From Zygnema circumcarinatum SAG 698-1b (lineage: Eukaryota > Plantae > Zygnematophyceae), in NCBI GenBank assembly GCA_037447605.1, contig CM074818.1, positions 248,001-312,000 of the forward strand: 64,000 nucleotides of DNA. Direction: 5' to 3'. The notes beneath the pieces are model-generated. The model had not been told where the DNA came from, did not search any database, and saw nothing but the letters and a program-made list of their open reading frames with translations. Every line of letters starts with the position of its first letter. Within the stretch, counting starts at the first letter, position 1. Below, piece after piece: positions 35,641 through 48,328 of this stretch. The translations under genes and the position numbers were made by a program.

Positions 35641-35735
35641 CATACCATACCATACCATACCATACCATACCATACCATACCATACCATACCATACCATAC
35701 CATACCATACCATACCATACCATACCATACCATAC
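35641..35735. repeat. (CATAC)19 microsatellite
   Basis: Perfect pentanucleotide array. Confidence 0.95.
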
Positions 35736-36885
35736 GCGGCTAATCGGCTTGTTTTATTGCCGGCTTGTCGGCCGCCAGCTGCCGGCCGAGAGCAAAATGT
35801 GAACAGACAAAAGACCTGATCCGGAAGCAGCCCCTACCGTAGGGGCCCTACGGTACTGTACAGCTACTGGTCAACCGTCCGTGGTCAACGATGAGGGTCC
35901 TGTGAGTGACGTGGACTGGGTACGTGGCAAGTTTTTCTAGCGTGGTGAGCTGTGATTGGACCGATTGCCTTCAGAAGACCTCGACGGACTTTCGCCGAGA
36001 CATTTATCAGAACCGACAAAGCCCTTTCCACAAACCACTCACCACGCGCCACATATCAAATGATCGACGCCGTTCCGTGTGCGCCGGGCCCGGAGCTACC
36101 GAATCCAACCAGTCGCGACACAGAACCGTACGACAAGGGCCATTCGTCAAGATTATTGCAATGAATATTTACCAATGATGGCTCGCCACGTATGCAAAAA
36201 GGTAATGTGGCAAGTTCTTATTGGATTTTGGGCGAAGGGCGACAGTACATCCAACGGGATAGTCAGTCGCCGCACAGAGCTCCAGTCCGCCGGTTGGTCG
36301 CAATGGAAACCGTTTGGCTGCAGGTCAGGCGGAGGGAGAGGTGGCGTAGGGGGAGGGGGAGGGGGAGGGGGAGAGGGAGGGGGAGAGGGAGGGAGAGGGA
36401 GAGACGAAGTGGGAGGGGAAGAGGCTTGCCGGCGGAGAGGGAGCAGCCCGGCGGAGCAGGGCGAGAGAGAGAGAGGGAGAGAGAGGGAGAGAGAGAGAGG
36501 GGATATCGAGGGAGAGAGGGAGAGGGAGAGAGGGGAAAAGAGGAGGGAGAACGAGAGGAGGGAGAAAGAGAGGGGTGAGAGAGGAGGGAGACAAAGAGAG
36601 GAAGAGAGCGAGAGGATATCGAGGGAGAGAGCGAGAGAGGAGGGAGAGAGAGGGGAAAGAAGAGGGAGAAAGAGAGGAGGGAGAAAGAGGGGAGGCAGAT
36701 AGAGAGGGGGGAGAGAGGAGGGAGAGAGAGAAAGGGAGAGACACGGGAGGAAGAGAAAGGGTAGGACAGAGAAAGGAGGGGGCGAGGGAGAGAGGAGGGA
36801 GATAGACAGGGGAGGGTGAGCGAGAGGAGGGAGGGGTGCGGGAGAGAGAGAGAAGGGCGAGAGACGGGGGGTGGAGGAGGGCGGA

Positions 36886-39800
36886 ATGGCGGCGCTGCTG
36901 CTGCCGCTCCTTGTGCTGCTCTGCGGCGCCGCCATGGCGGCCGGCACGTGCCAGAAAGCAGTGGACCCTGCGGACGCGCAGGCGCTCCTTGACGTCAAAG
37001 CGGAGCTGGACGACCCTGATGGCGCCCTGGACACGTGGACGGCTGCCGATGCCTCCAACGCATGCTGCTGGACATTTGTCACGTGCAACTCCACACGTGT
37101 GTCTGACCTATATTTGGCGAATTTGGATCTCGGGGGCGCCCTCCCACAGGCTCTGGGAAACCTGACCAAGCTGAAGTACCTTCAACTTGACGGCAACGCC
37201 TTGGAGGGTCCCATACCCGCCACGTGGTCCGCCATGGCTAACCTCACCGACCTCCTCCTTTCGAACAACTTCCTGAACGGCTCCCTGAACATAGTGAGCA
37301 GCTTTCCCCTACTGAACTCTCTCCGAGTGAGAAACAACTCTTTCACTGGAGAGATAGGGAAGGTGCCCCTAGCGAACTTGACAGCCCTACAATACGTCGA
37401 CCTTGCCAGCAACGCCTTCACCGGCACGTTTCCGACATGGCTGGGAAACCTCCAGGCCCTCGGTTTTGTGGATATAAGCAACAATGATCTCTCCCCTTCG
37501 ACGCTTCCTTCTGCTGATTCATTCTGGCCCCCACTTCTCTATAATGTTTTATTTTCTGCCGTGAATTTGGTGGGCCCTATACCTGCCACTCTGTGCTCGA
37601 GACGAATTTACACTCTTGACCTAAGTTCGAACAATCTCAACGGCAGCATCCCTCAATGGACGGGAAACCAGTCGGAAGTAATTCTAAACTTCAGCAGAAA
37701 CAGTCTCACAGGCGTCTTACCAACTGCTGAAAAAGACTTTTCCTCCATAGACTTTTCGCACAACAAACTGAGCGGTAACATCACTGCATTCAGCGAGACG
37801 CTCTGCCGAAAGTACAGCATATCCAACGATAGTGGGCTGTACAACTTTGTGTTTTTTTTTCTGGACCTCAGCAACAACAAATTCAACGGGCCAATCCCCG
37901 GTGCGCTTGGCTCGTGCATGTATTTGGCAAATATTTTCTTGGGAAACAACAGCTTCAATGGCAGCGTTCCTGAAAGTCTTTTCAACAGTTCGCCTTCATT
38001 CGGCCGTGATCTTATCACATTGTGGGTGGCACTGCAACTTCCCTATTTGAGCTGCAGACTTTCCAATATCATTTTCGTCCGGAAGGCATTCAAAATATCC
38101 CTCGGCACTGCCTTGTTTTCGTGTGGGTCCTGAAGTAAATTTTCCCTCTCACTTGTTTGCAGGGACCTGAGCAACAATTCGATCACCAGTCTGCCTGAGC
38201 TTACGTTTGAATTCTCAGGTCTTACGAAATTGTAAGCCGGCCATCTACTTCATGACTTAGTTTATGTATAGTCGAAAATTACATTGTTGCGCATTCCAGT
38301 AATTAGCACACTCTATGTGTGAGAGGGAACATGGAAAGAGCGCATGATAGCTTTGTTACCTCTCGTCGTCATCTTGCATCCATCCATGTTTCGCAAGTGA
38401 GCCGGTTATTGAGGATGGCAGGAATCTGGAGGGAAATCAACTGACGAACGTACCTGTCTCGCTGTTCAATTTCACGGCTCTGGAGATCTTGTAAGGAACA
38501 TTCCGCCAAACTGACCCCTTCAGCGGGTGTGAAGTGAGACTCTGGTTTTTTTCTTCTGAAGTCTGTGTTAAGGCTGATGTTTCAGAAACTGAAAATCCAA
38601 AACTGACCAATGCTGTGACGCGCAACTCTATGTAGGAACCTTGCGAGGAACCGGCTGAGCAGCGTACCAGCTGTGATCGAGGAGTTGACTGTGCTCGAGG
38701 AACTGTGAGTGACTTGTGTAATGGCATAGAATGACATCTGGTCACATGAGGACATGAGGATTTGTGCATGCATGTGCATGCATGCGCTGTTCAGATCGAC
38801 TTGAACATGATCATCGGCGATGGGGCCTGATGGGGGTCATGCCGGGCCGCAGCTATCTGCAGGGCAACAACATCAGCGGCAGCGTGCCGGCCTTCGTGGG
38901 CAACATGTCGACCTTGACGACCATGTGAGCGCGAACCACAACCCTCCGACCCTCCAACTTCGGACCGTATCGGAATATATCGCTATACCGACTAGGCCCG
39001 TACTGACAGCAACTCTCACACCGTGACATGGCATGACATGGCAGTCCTGCTGGCAGGCTCTGACGTGGACATTTGTCGCTAGTGGTCGAGTCCAATAGCT
39101 AGTCACCCGACTGGCTAACACGTGACGTGACCCGTCCCAAATTTGCTCCATACTGTTCGTACTGTCCAAATAAAATGAAATAATGAGATGGGCTGTAAGA
39201 CGATTCGGGCCTCAATGGCGAGTTCGGCCAATGGGGATGTGCCACGTAAGCATCTGCTGAGTTGTTTCCGTACGAGGTCTTTAACATTGTTGACCGTGAA
39301 ATTTTTCATGCTCAGGAAAAATAATTTCCACTTGTGGAAACTAATAAAATCCAAGCTTTACCAATGAGGACTGGCCGCGTGGCATATTGTGCACGTGGTC
39401 TAACGGCATTGGTTAGCTTTGAATCGAGTTCGAAATGGAGAAAGTGAAACGATTATTGGCGTTGAACCAACGACGCCATTTTGATTGTAATTTTATTTTT
39501 CGTTAATTTCGTTTGATGGAATGACAACCGCACGTGTGAGTGCGGGGCACGTGTCAGTTAAATGGCGGCGGCAGTTCCATGTGACAAATGTGAGAAATTT
39601 TTTCTTGTGTCGTCGGATCGGACGGTCGCAGGGACTTCAGCGACAACTCCATCGACGGTCTGCCGGACTTCACCGAGTTCATGACTTCCGCGACAATACT
39701 GTGAGCGCCATCGCCTCCGCATGAACCACATCGCGTGCATGCCATGAACCACATGTTGTTCAACCACACATTGAACCATATCTCATGCGCAGTTCATGCA

Positions 39801-42791
39801 TGTCTGTGCATGTTTTCGCATTCATAGAGAACAGTGATCTTGAAATAACTTGCTTGCTGCTCTCATTGCAGGAAGGTGCGTGGAAATGAGCTCAGCAGCC
39901 TCCCTGCCTCCTTGTGCAACTTAACCCAACTTGAAATTTTGTGAGTTCTCTCAACCGCAGCATTGTTTTGGTATTCAATCTTGTTTAACTTCTTTGATTG
40001 TTTACCATCCAAGTTACATGTCAAGTTTGAAGTTGAAGTTGGAACGGACCGCACTTTGTCTCGCAGGGATGTGGGAGAGAACCAGCTCACAGCCGCAGCG
40101 ACTGCAATCGGAGAACTGACTTGGCTTCAAGAACTGTCAGTGCAGACCTCCTTCAAGTTTGACTTTTATTTCGTTTGAAGCAAATGGCTATGTTCTGATT
40201 TGGAGACATTCCATACGAGGCCATCCTCATAGGGTTCCCATTAAACTTATTGCAAAGTCTTCCTCGTTCAGAATTTGGAAAATGAGTTGCAGTTACTCAA
40301 CATTGCCGGACAACGTCAATGTATTGTTGCAGTAGGCATCTAAGTTGACACTTCGGTTTGAATGACTGCAGATATTTGGACAGTAATGCCATCAATGGGA
40401 GCATTCCGGCCTTCATCGGCAACATATCTTTCCTCCAAGTTTTGTAAGCTCAAAAATATCACTTCTTCATGTGAATGAACTGAATCCTCCGCTTTAAGTT
40501 CAGTGCAGAGTAAGGACTAAGTACACTTAACTTTTCATTTCGTCGGTGGATGTATAACAAATAGCCCTCCTCCTTTCTTAACCTTTGTACATTGAAGCCA
40601 CTTGCTATTCTTTTGCAGATATGCATCAGCTGACACGTTTGAAGTTTTTTTTTCTTTCGAATTTTGTATGTTATCTGCAGAGATCTCTCCAACAACTTCT
40701 TCACTGCAGAAATTCCGGACACGTTTGCTTCGAAAGAGTTCGGCTATGATGAAAGTCTGCAATTTTACAAATTCATCAGCTTCGTTGCTTTGAGATACAT
40801 GTAAGTCAATAGAAACCCCTTAGCACTTTGATTGATGTCCCTATTTGCGATACGCATATGGACAGCATCTTGAATTTTGAATCTCTCATAGTTTTGGCAT
40901 GTTTCTGTTTCTGTCAAACCAGGAACTTGAGCCGATGCAACCTCACAGGAAGCATTCCAGCGAATCTTGGAAACCTACAACGGCTTCTCACGCTGTATGG
41001 AGTCAGGCCTTAACGTCATCTGTAACTTTGTTCTTCATAACAAGCATGACTTGTCTATGAACTGCATGCAACAATATGATTTTGACGATATTGAAGGTCC
41101 TTACAAGGACTTAGAGCTGCTTTCTGCTTGTCAGGGACCTTTCAAGCAACCAACTGAGCGGAGAGATCCCTGACTTTCAGTACACCAGTCTTGCACACCT
41201 GTAAGTGTTAGAAGAAAATCTGTTTGCAGATCTGTATGCTGCAACTCATATGCGTAAAAACCATCAAACTTTTGCTTGATTATACGCATATTTAACATAT
41301 ACATATAATAATAAACAGTATTTTGTTTGTTTCCTTATCAAATTATGTCGCTTATATCGTTCAAGAAATGAGTTTTTAAATCGCAGGGACCTGTCTGCGA
41401 ACGCGCTGAATGGCTCTGTGCCCACTTCTCTGGCCAACCTCTCTCTCTCGCAGCTGTGAGTTCNNNNNNNNNNCTATTGCAGCTATCAGCCGGGCAATTC
41501 GGATCTCCAAATATCCTGCGTTAATGGTAACGTGATAAAATTTTATCAAAATGCGCTTAAAAAATCGAGCTGCATTTAAAACCAAAGTTTTTACATCATT
41601 TCATACCTGCTATTTTTGCGGTTGATTTTTTATCCGGACCTAACTTGCTGGACATGTTTTTGCTGTCTGTTTAGGTTATGCTGTGAATGACATTCCACCT
41701 CCACCTCCGTCTCCTTCTCCTCCCCCGCCTTCGAAAAGTGGTGGGCATTCTTTAACCTTTGGGCCTGCCGGATATTCGTTTGAGTTCATGATGAGGGTGA
41801 TCACGCTGTCCAAGAGCCATTGCAAGCAAGCCTTTCTCTGCTTACAGATTTATTTTTTCTCCCTCCCTCGTTTTCCTTCGGCAGGCCTTCCTGTGTACGT
41901 GATCGTTTGTATCACACTTGGAATCGTACTACTTGTTAGCATCGCCATTGTCTTGGCCTACCTTTACTTTCGCCCAAGTAATCAACTTCATTTTCTTCAA
42001 TGCTCTTCTTCTGTTCCTTACAAATCTGTTCAAAATCTGCATGAAGTTAAAGCAAAGAGAGCTAGGAAATACTTAATATACACCCTCGGAACCACATTCT
42101 CTCTTCGTCTTAATATTGGGATGCTTTTCCAGGAAAATCGGAGTTTGCGGTGAAGTTGAAGGACCATTTTGTAAAGCAAATTCGACTTCAGAACATCCGT
42201 GAAGCCACCGACAACTTCAGCGAGAAAAATCTTCTTGGAGTGGGCGGCTATGGAAGTGTCTACAAAGGCGTTACCAAAAGTGGAGAAATTTGGGCTGTAA
42301 AGAGAGCTAAAACTGTGTCAGTTGAAGGGCTACAGGTCTTTCAGAATGAGGTTTGTGCCAACTCATCCACTCATGATGTCAATAAATGTACCGTTTCTTC
42401 AGAGGAGTGTTCATCCCTTCATAGGAAAAACTGTTTGAAAAGCTTTTCTATTGGTCTCTTTAGAGATGTGTTCTAAGCAAAAAATGTTGTACAGATTGCG
42501 GAATCTGGACATTTATCATTTGCCAGATTCGGACCGGTTGCTAGTACTTAAGATTTTAAGTATTTTGGGGGTTCTCCGATGGTCTGTCATTTCAGCTCAC
42601 GTTGTTTCGAGCAAGTGATGAGATGGCAATGACCTGCTGACGTGCTTTTGTGCAGGTTGACGTCATTTCTCGAATGAACCACAAACATCTCGTGAAGCTT
42701 CTTGGCTTCTGTGACGAAGACAATGAGCAAATTTTGATTTATGAATTTGTTGAAAATGGCACATTGAAGTCGGCCCTTCAATTGAAAGATG
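36886..42791 (+). CDS. LRR receptor-like kinase 1 (partial; kinase C-lobe lost at the 100-N gap 42942-43041)
   Basis: Signal peptide, LRR N-cap (CCWTFVTC) and many plant LRRs in one 1136-nt exon (36886-38021). Then ~13 small phase-2 LRR exons, a Pro-rich stalk, a TM exon (~41885) and kinase exons ([30 protein letters not shown]). Confidence 0.9.
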
Positions 42792-43539
42792 GTAGGGCCT
42801 CCATCTTGGCAGATGCATCCCAGAAAGCTATTTTTTGGTTCCATGCTAGCTTGTGAAATTTCTTGAGGCCGACAAAACACGCACACTTGATCGTTTTAGT
42901 CTCTATGGGTCGTCGATGCGCATATTTGAATTTAGCACCTTNNNNNNNNNNNNNNNNNNNNNNNNNNNNNNNNNNNNNNNNNNNNNNNNNNNNNNNNNNN
43001 NNNNNNNNNNNNNNNNNNNNNNNNNNNNNNNNNNNNNNNNNTCCGCCTCAAAGGGCCGATTTTTTCGAAGGAAAGCTGCTGCTGGCTTTGTGGAAATGTA
43101 CACCGAAGGCTTGCTCTCTCACTACTTCCCATCAGTCATGTCCCTTGCCATGGCGGACAGAGCTACCTATACACCTACTGCTGTCTACTCCATAAGTCTG
43201 CCGCCAAAATGGTAGTAATGGTCAAATAATTTACTGTCCAATGTTCTGCACACATCCCAAACCACATTCTCACTGTTAAGACGGACCAATACTGATGCTT
43301 AATCAAACATAAGGAGGGCAGGCGAAAAAAGACCGTATCCAAAGGCACCAGAACGCAGAACACATACAACTCTGAGGTAAATATAAGACAGATGGAGACT
43401 ATCAAATATGACGTGGAAGATGGTCTGGTGACCGGGGTCAGACAGTGGGCGAAGAGGTTATCGAGGTTTCGAAGGAGGGCCCGCGGGAGGGGTACGCCCG
43501 CCAACGCGTGAGGCCCTCTCAGAGAGAGAGGGAGAGAGA

Positions 43540-43697
<158 letters not shown>

Positions 43698-43846
43698 CCG
43701 TGTGTGCTTGATGGCAAATAGATCAGTTTGAACTTTGACGTGAGCATTGCCATATTTTGGTTTATTCTCTCGTCCTCTTTTCTTCCCCCAATCTCTCACC
43801 TCTCACACACACACACTCACTTTAACCTCCCTTTGTCTTTTGCAGA

Positions 43847-46790
43847 ATCGTGGCAGGAAGTATGGCGGGGCTGTCCATCTTATCTCTGGATGATGAAAGG
43901 AAACGTAGATCCCTTGCTCTTTACATTCTTGCCGGACTGGGGCAGGTGTGCTTCTCCTCTCCTTCCTCCTCTCCTCTCTCCGGCTTCCCCTCTCCCTCCT
44001 TCCTCCTTCCTCCCTCCTCCCCCTCCTTCCCCTGTCCCTTCTCCCCCCTCCGCCTCCCCCCTTCCCTTCTCCCTTCCCTTCACTCTCCTTCCACTCGTCT
44101 CCTCCCCCCTCTCCCGCTCCTGCCTCTCCCATTACCGTTCTCTCTCTCTTACCCCTCAAACACAACTCCCGCCATCGACCTTAAACCCTAACCCCCCTAT
44201 GAACTTTCCTAAATAAACCTCCACCCCCCTCTCAAATTCCCCTCAACCATGGCGCCCGTTCCATGTCCTCAGTGCGCCTACAACTCCGGCGAGGCCCACG
44301 GCAAACTGAAACTGTGGCGCGGCACTTTGCGGCATGGAGCCGCCGTCCTGTTCGCGCTGGCCTCGGCCCAAATCATGTGCGCGTGCAAACGCTGCCGGAC
44401 TCGTACTTGAACTTCGCCGTCAAACGTCGACGCTGTTTGGTTCATTCATGTTTGGTTCAGTTTGCAGCTTTAACTGCGCGCACATGGCAACTCGGAAGTC
44501 CCGAAGACTTAAATGTTTCTGACGGCGGTTATAACTGTCCTCTGGCTGCCTGGCTGGACTTGACCCAAACGACAAGATCAATGTACGGAAGGGGCCCAGG
44601 CCCGCCCGTGCTGCTGCAGGGGCGGGGCAAAGGGGGGGGGGGGGCTAGGGTTTAGGGAGTGCAGGAGTTAGGGTTCAAGGGGTAGGGTTTAGGGGTAGGG
44701 TTTAGGGGTTGGGGTCTAGGGAGGTAGGGTTTAGGGGTTGGGGTCTAGGGGGGTATTAGGGTTAAGGGGTTAGGGTCTAGGGGAATAGGGTTTGGGGTTT
44801 AGGGGTTGGGGTCTAGGGGGTTAGGGTTTAGGGTTTAGGGTTTAGGGGTTGGAGTCTACAGGGGTTAGGGTTTAGGGTCTAGGGGTTGTGGTCTAGGGGG
44901 TTAGGGTTTAGGGTGTCGGGTGTAGGGTGTAGGATTTCGGGTTTAGAGGGGTAGGATTTAAGGGGTTTAGGGTTTGGGTTTGAAAGCGTAAGCATTTTAG
45001 GGTTGAGGGTTGAGGGTTGAGGGTTGAGCATTTGAGCCTTCAGGTCTAGAGCATAAGCGTTTTAAGGTTGGCGGAACTAGGGTTTAGGGTGAAGTTTGTT
45101 AGGGTTGAGGCATTTTAGGGTTGGAGGGTTGAGGTTTAGGCTTTTGAAGGTTTAGGGTTTAGGGTTGATGGTTTGAAGTTCAGGGTTGCAGCGTTTTAGG
45201 GTTGAGGATTGCGGGATATCTCAAATGGAAACCTTCCCATGCTCATGCCTTCAGATTCTGCTTTTTTTCTTTCCTCATTTTGCCCTCCTCTGCAGGCGGT
45301 GCGAGAAAGCTGCAGAGAGCAAAAAATCGACGTGACAAATCTTTAAACGGCGCGGAAATATTGGGGGAACATGCTCACATCATTCCGTGCTCCGCCGTGC
45401 ATCCGCAAAGCGCCACGTGTCTCGCCAGAATGGTGGAGCCATGACCGAGACCTTCAAAAAGACCTTCCCCCCCTACATAACATGTCGCTCACACTCGTTC
45501 CGTACGTCGTCCTTAACCTTCAAAAGGTCAGCGACTCCGCCAAAATTAGGGTTTTGGTTTTGGTTTTGATTTGGTTTTGCACTTTGTTAGGGTTTGAGGA
45601 GTTTCGGGAGTTCTGAAGTCCTTGTGAGCTTTAGAGTTCGATGGTGTTTTAGGTTACCCTGGTGGTTACTATTTTTCATCGGAAACGCCCGAAAACGTCA
45701 GAAAAAATTTGCAACACTTCTGCAAGAACGCTCACATCATGTCGCTCGCTTTGCTTGTTTCCATGTGTTCAAAAGTCATACTGCCCATACTTACATGCAT
45801 GCATGTATGCATGGCGGCATGGGGTCATGTGCAGCAGTTCATGCAAGCGCCGCTGCTGACCATCTGGACGGCCATAAGAAGCGCCCTTCGCTCCACCTCC
45901 TTTATCTCCGCGTTCGTTAGAATCTACCAGGTGCTGCCTCACCTCTCTCAGAGGGTGTCCATGCTGGTCCCATTCCGTTCTATCACACTCAGTTCCGATC
46001 ACCCTATTGAAAACCTCTCCTCCCTCCGTCCCTCCCTCCCTCCCTCCCTCCCTCTCTCCCAGGCGGCAATCTGCCTGCACCGCAAGACCGCGCGGGGGCG
46101 CGACCACAAGGGCGTGTACTGGGTGACGGGCCTTCTGGCGGGCGGCGCGGCGCACGGAACTGGCGCTCTATGTGGCGCCAAGGGCGGGCGACTAGCTGTG
46201 GACCATCCTCACCAGCCGCAACCTGCTGCCGCCCTGCAGGCACGCCGAGGTGGGAGACGGGGGGGAGGGAGGAGGAGGGAGAGGGAGGGAGAGGAAGGGG
46301 GGGCAGAGAGAGAGAGGGGAAGGGAAAAGAAGGGTGAGGGAGGGAGAAGTGGAGAGAGGAAGGGGGGGCAGAGAGAGAGAGGGGAAGGGAAACGGGGGGA
46401 GGGGAGGGAAAGGGAGGGAGTAGGGGCTAGAGGAAATGGGGGCAGGGGCGAGAAGGGAGAAGGGAAGGGGAAGGGGGGAGACAAGGGAGATAGGGGAGAG
46501 AAGGATGGAGAGAGAGAGAGGGCGGAAGTGGAATTGGGTGCAGAGCGGGGCGAGGGCGGTGGAGAATGCGAGGGTGAGGGGCGGGAGAGAGAGAGGGGCA
46601 AGAGAACGAGGGGCAGAGAGGGGAGAGAAGAGGGGAAGGAGGGGTGGGAAAGAGTGAAGAGAAAGGGTGGACGGAGAGGCTTTTACCCTCACCCTCGTCC
46701 TTGCCCTCGACCCTAACCCTAACCCTAACCCTAACCCTGACAGGTGGCTCTCGTCTTCGCGTCCATGGGCGGCTTTATGTACCCTCCGTG
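43847..46790 (+). pseudogene. TMEM135-family membrane-protein pseudogene with introns retained
   Basis: Exon remnants AGSMAGLSILSLDDERKRRSLALYILAGLGQ, CAYNS...LWRG..RHG..VLFALASAQIM, IIPCSAVHP, TFKKTFP, LVPYVVLNLQK, RSTSFISAFV, RTELALYVAPRAGD*LW. Several frameshifts and an in-frame TAG. Family recognised from memory of plant TMEM135-like proteins. Confidence 0.72.
44644..45205 (+). repeat. Interstitial degenerate telomere-like (TTTAGGG/TTAGGG) tract, copy A
   Basis: Includes ttagggtttagggtttagggtttaggg (~44821) among variant units. Confidence 0.8.
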
Positions 46791-46923
46791 CGCCGTTCCT
46801 GTTCAGTTGGTCGCCCTCCATGTGAATCATTTTTCATGACGCTGTGTCGTTCCAGTTTGTTTGGAGCGCAAGTGGAAACTCGGAAGTCCCGAAAACTGAA
46901 ATGGCCCTGACGGCGGTTATAAC

Positions 46924-47469
46924 TATAGATCCGTATGTATCAAACGCGTGTATTAGGGCTAGGGCTGCGTTGTTGTGCCTAGGCGTAGTTTTCCGCTCCT
47001 AGCTTCGTTTTATTGTGTTTCGGTCCTTTGTGACCAGTCCTTCGTGGTTCCACATTTTGCCTTTATCCATGTAAATTTGATGGCCTCGCCATCGCGAGTT
47101 CAATGAAAGTTTGCATTTGTGTATTAATACACTGTATAATACATGCGTATTATACAACATTTTAAAAATACAGTGTATTTTTAATGTATTTAACGTATTT
47201 TTTTTATTTTCGTGTTTAGTTGAACAAAATCTGATTATAATATTGAAATTCCAGCACTTGCCAAGTCACGTCACTTGCCAAACACTCAACACGTGTGACT
47301 TGGTCCGTACATGTTCGTACACCTCTTTCGTACATAATTTTCGTACGGATCTATGTTCCGATCGTACGGCTGTTAACAGTTGCGTTAAGGTATTATACAG
47401 TGTATAATACAGTATTAATACTGTATTATACATTGTATCGAACCTCAAACTGTATAATACGGATCTATA
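46924..47469. mobile_element. 546-bp non-autonomous TIR element (hAT-like, 8-bp TSD)
   Basis: 13-bp TIR TATAGATCCGTAT / ATACGGATCTATA; TSD GTTATAAC at 46916-46923 and 47470-47477; homologous empty site at ~44520-44560. Confidence 0.8.
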
Positions 47470-47734
47470 GTTATAACAGTCCTCTGGCTGCCAGGCTGGT
47501 CTTGATGCAAACGAAAAATTAATGGTACGGACATTGGGCTTTTCGTTCGACAGGAACCAAAAGCATAACATGATGTTTAACATGAACTATACGATCAAAG
47601 GGTCTAGGGATTCACGCCACTTGCTAGACACTCAACAAGTGTGACTCCATTCGTACAGTTCCGTACACTGTTTCCGTAGACAAGTTCTGTACGACTGAAT
47701 GTCCGATTCCATGTCTGATTGTACGGATCTCAAC

Positions 47735-48050
47735 AGGGGTTAGGGTTCAAAGACTGGGTTTAGGGAGTTTAAGGGCTGGGGGTTAAGGTTCAATGTTTAG
47801 GGTTTCTCGTTTAGGTTTAGGGTGTCGGGTATAGGGTGCAGGATTCAGGGTTAGGGGGGTAGGATTTAAGGGGTTTCGGGTTTAGGGTGTCGGATAAAAG
47901 GTATTATGTTTAGGGTTTGGGGTTCAGAGTGTCAGCATTTTAGGGTTGAAGGTTGAGGGATGAGCGTTTAGGCCTTTAGGTCTAGAGCATGAGCGCTTTA
48001 AGGTTGGCGAAACTAGGGTTTAAGGTGAACTTTGTTAGGGTTAAGGGTAG
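47735..48050 (+). repeat. Degenerate telomere-like tract, copy B
   Basis: Alignable with 44910-45110, including the non-telomeric parts (gggtgtcggg..., tctagagcat..gcg.tttaaggttggcg). Confidence 0.75.
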
Positions 48051-48070
48051 GGCTCGCGGCCTCCTCCTGT

Positions 48071-48170
48071 CATGTCGGTGGAAACATCCTGATCGTACAT
48101 CATGTCGGTGGGAGCATCCTGATCGTACATCATGTCGGTGGAAGCATCCTGATCGTACATCGTGTCGGTG
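48071..48170. repeat. 30-bp tandem repeat x3.3
   Basis: Unit catgtcggtgg(a/g)a(a/g)catcctgatcgtacat. Confidence 0.9.
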
Positions 48171-48328
48171 CATCGAGACCGCCGTCCGTACAAATCCGGG
48201 AGAACTTCGGACGGTCTCGCATACCATCAGCGTCGAGTCGCCGCCAGCCGCCACCTCTGTTCGCGACGGCCCAAACGGTTTGTCCAACGCTTCGCAATTG
48301 AAAGTTTCCTCCCTTCGAGATTTATTTA

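Noticed and set aside
42792-43041. RLK1 as a naturally truncated kinase
   Set aside because: The break coincides with a 100-N gap of unknown size; the missing exons may lie in it.
44505-44560. gacggcggttataactgtcctctggctgcc as an LSU rRNA (I-CeuI-site-like) fragment
   Set aside because: Only a superficial resemblance; flanks do not continue as rRNA, and the sequence belongs to a repeated element also seen at 46.9-47.5 kb.
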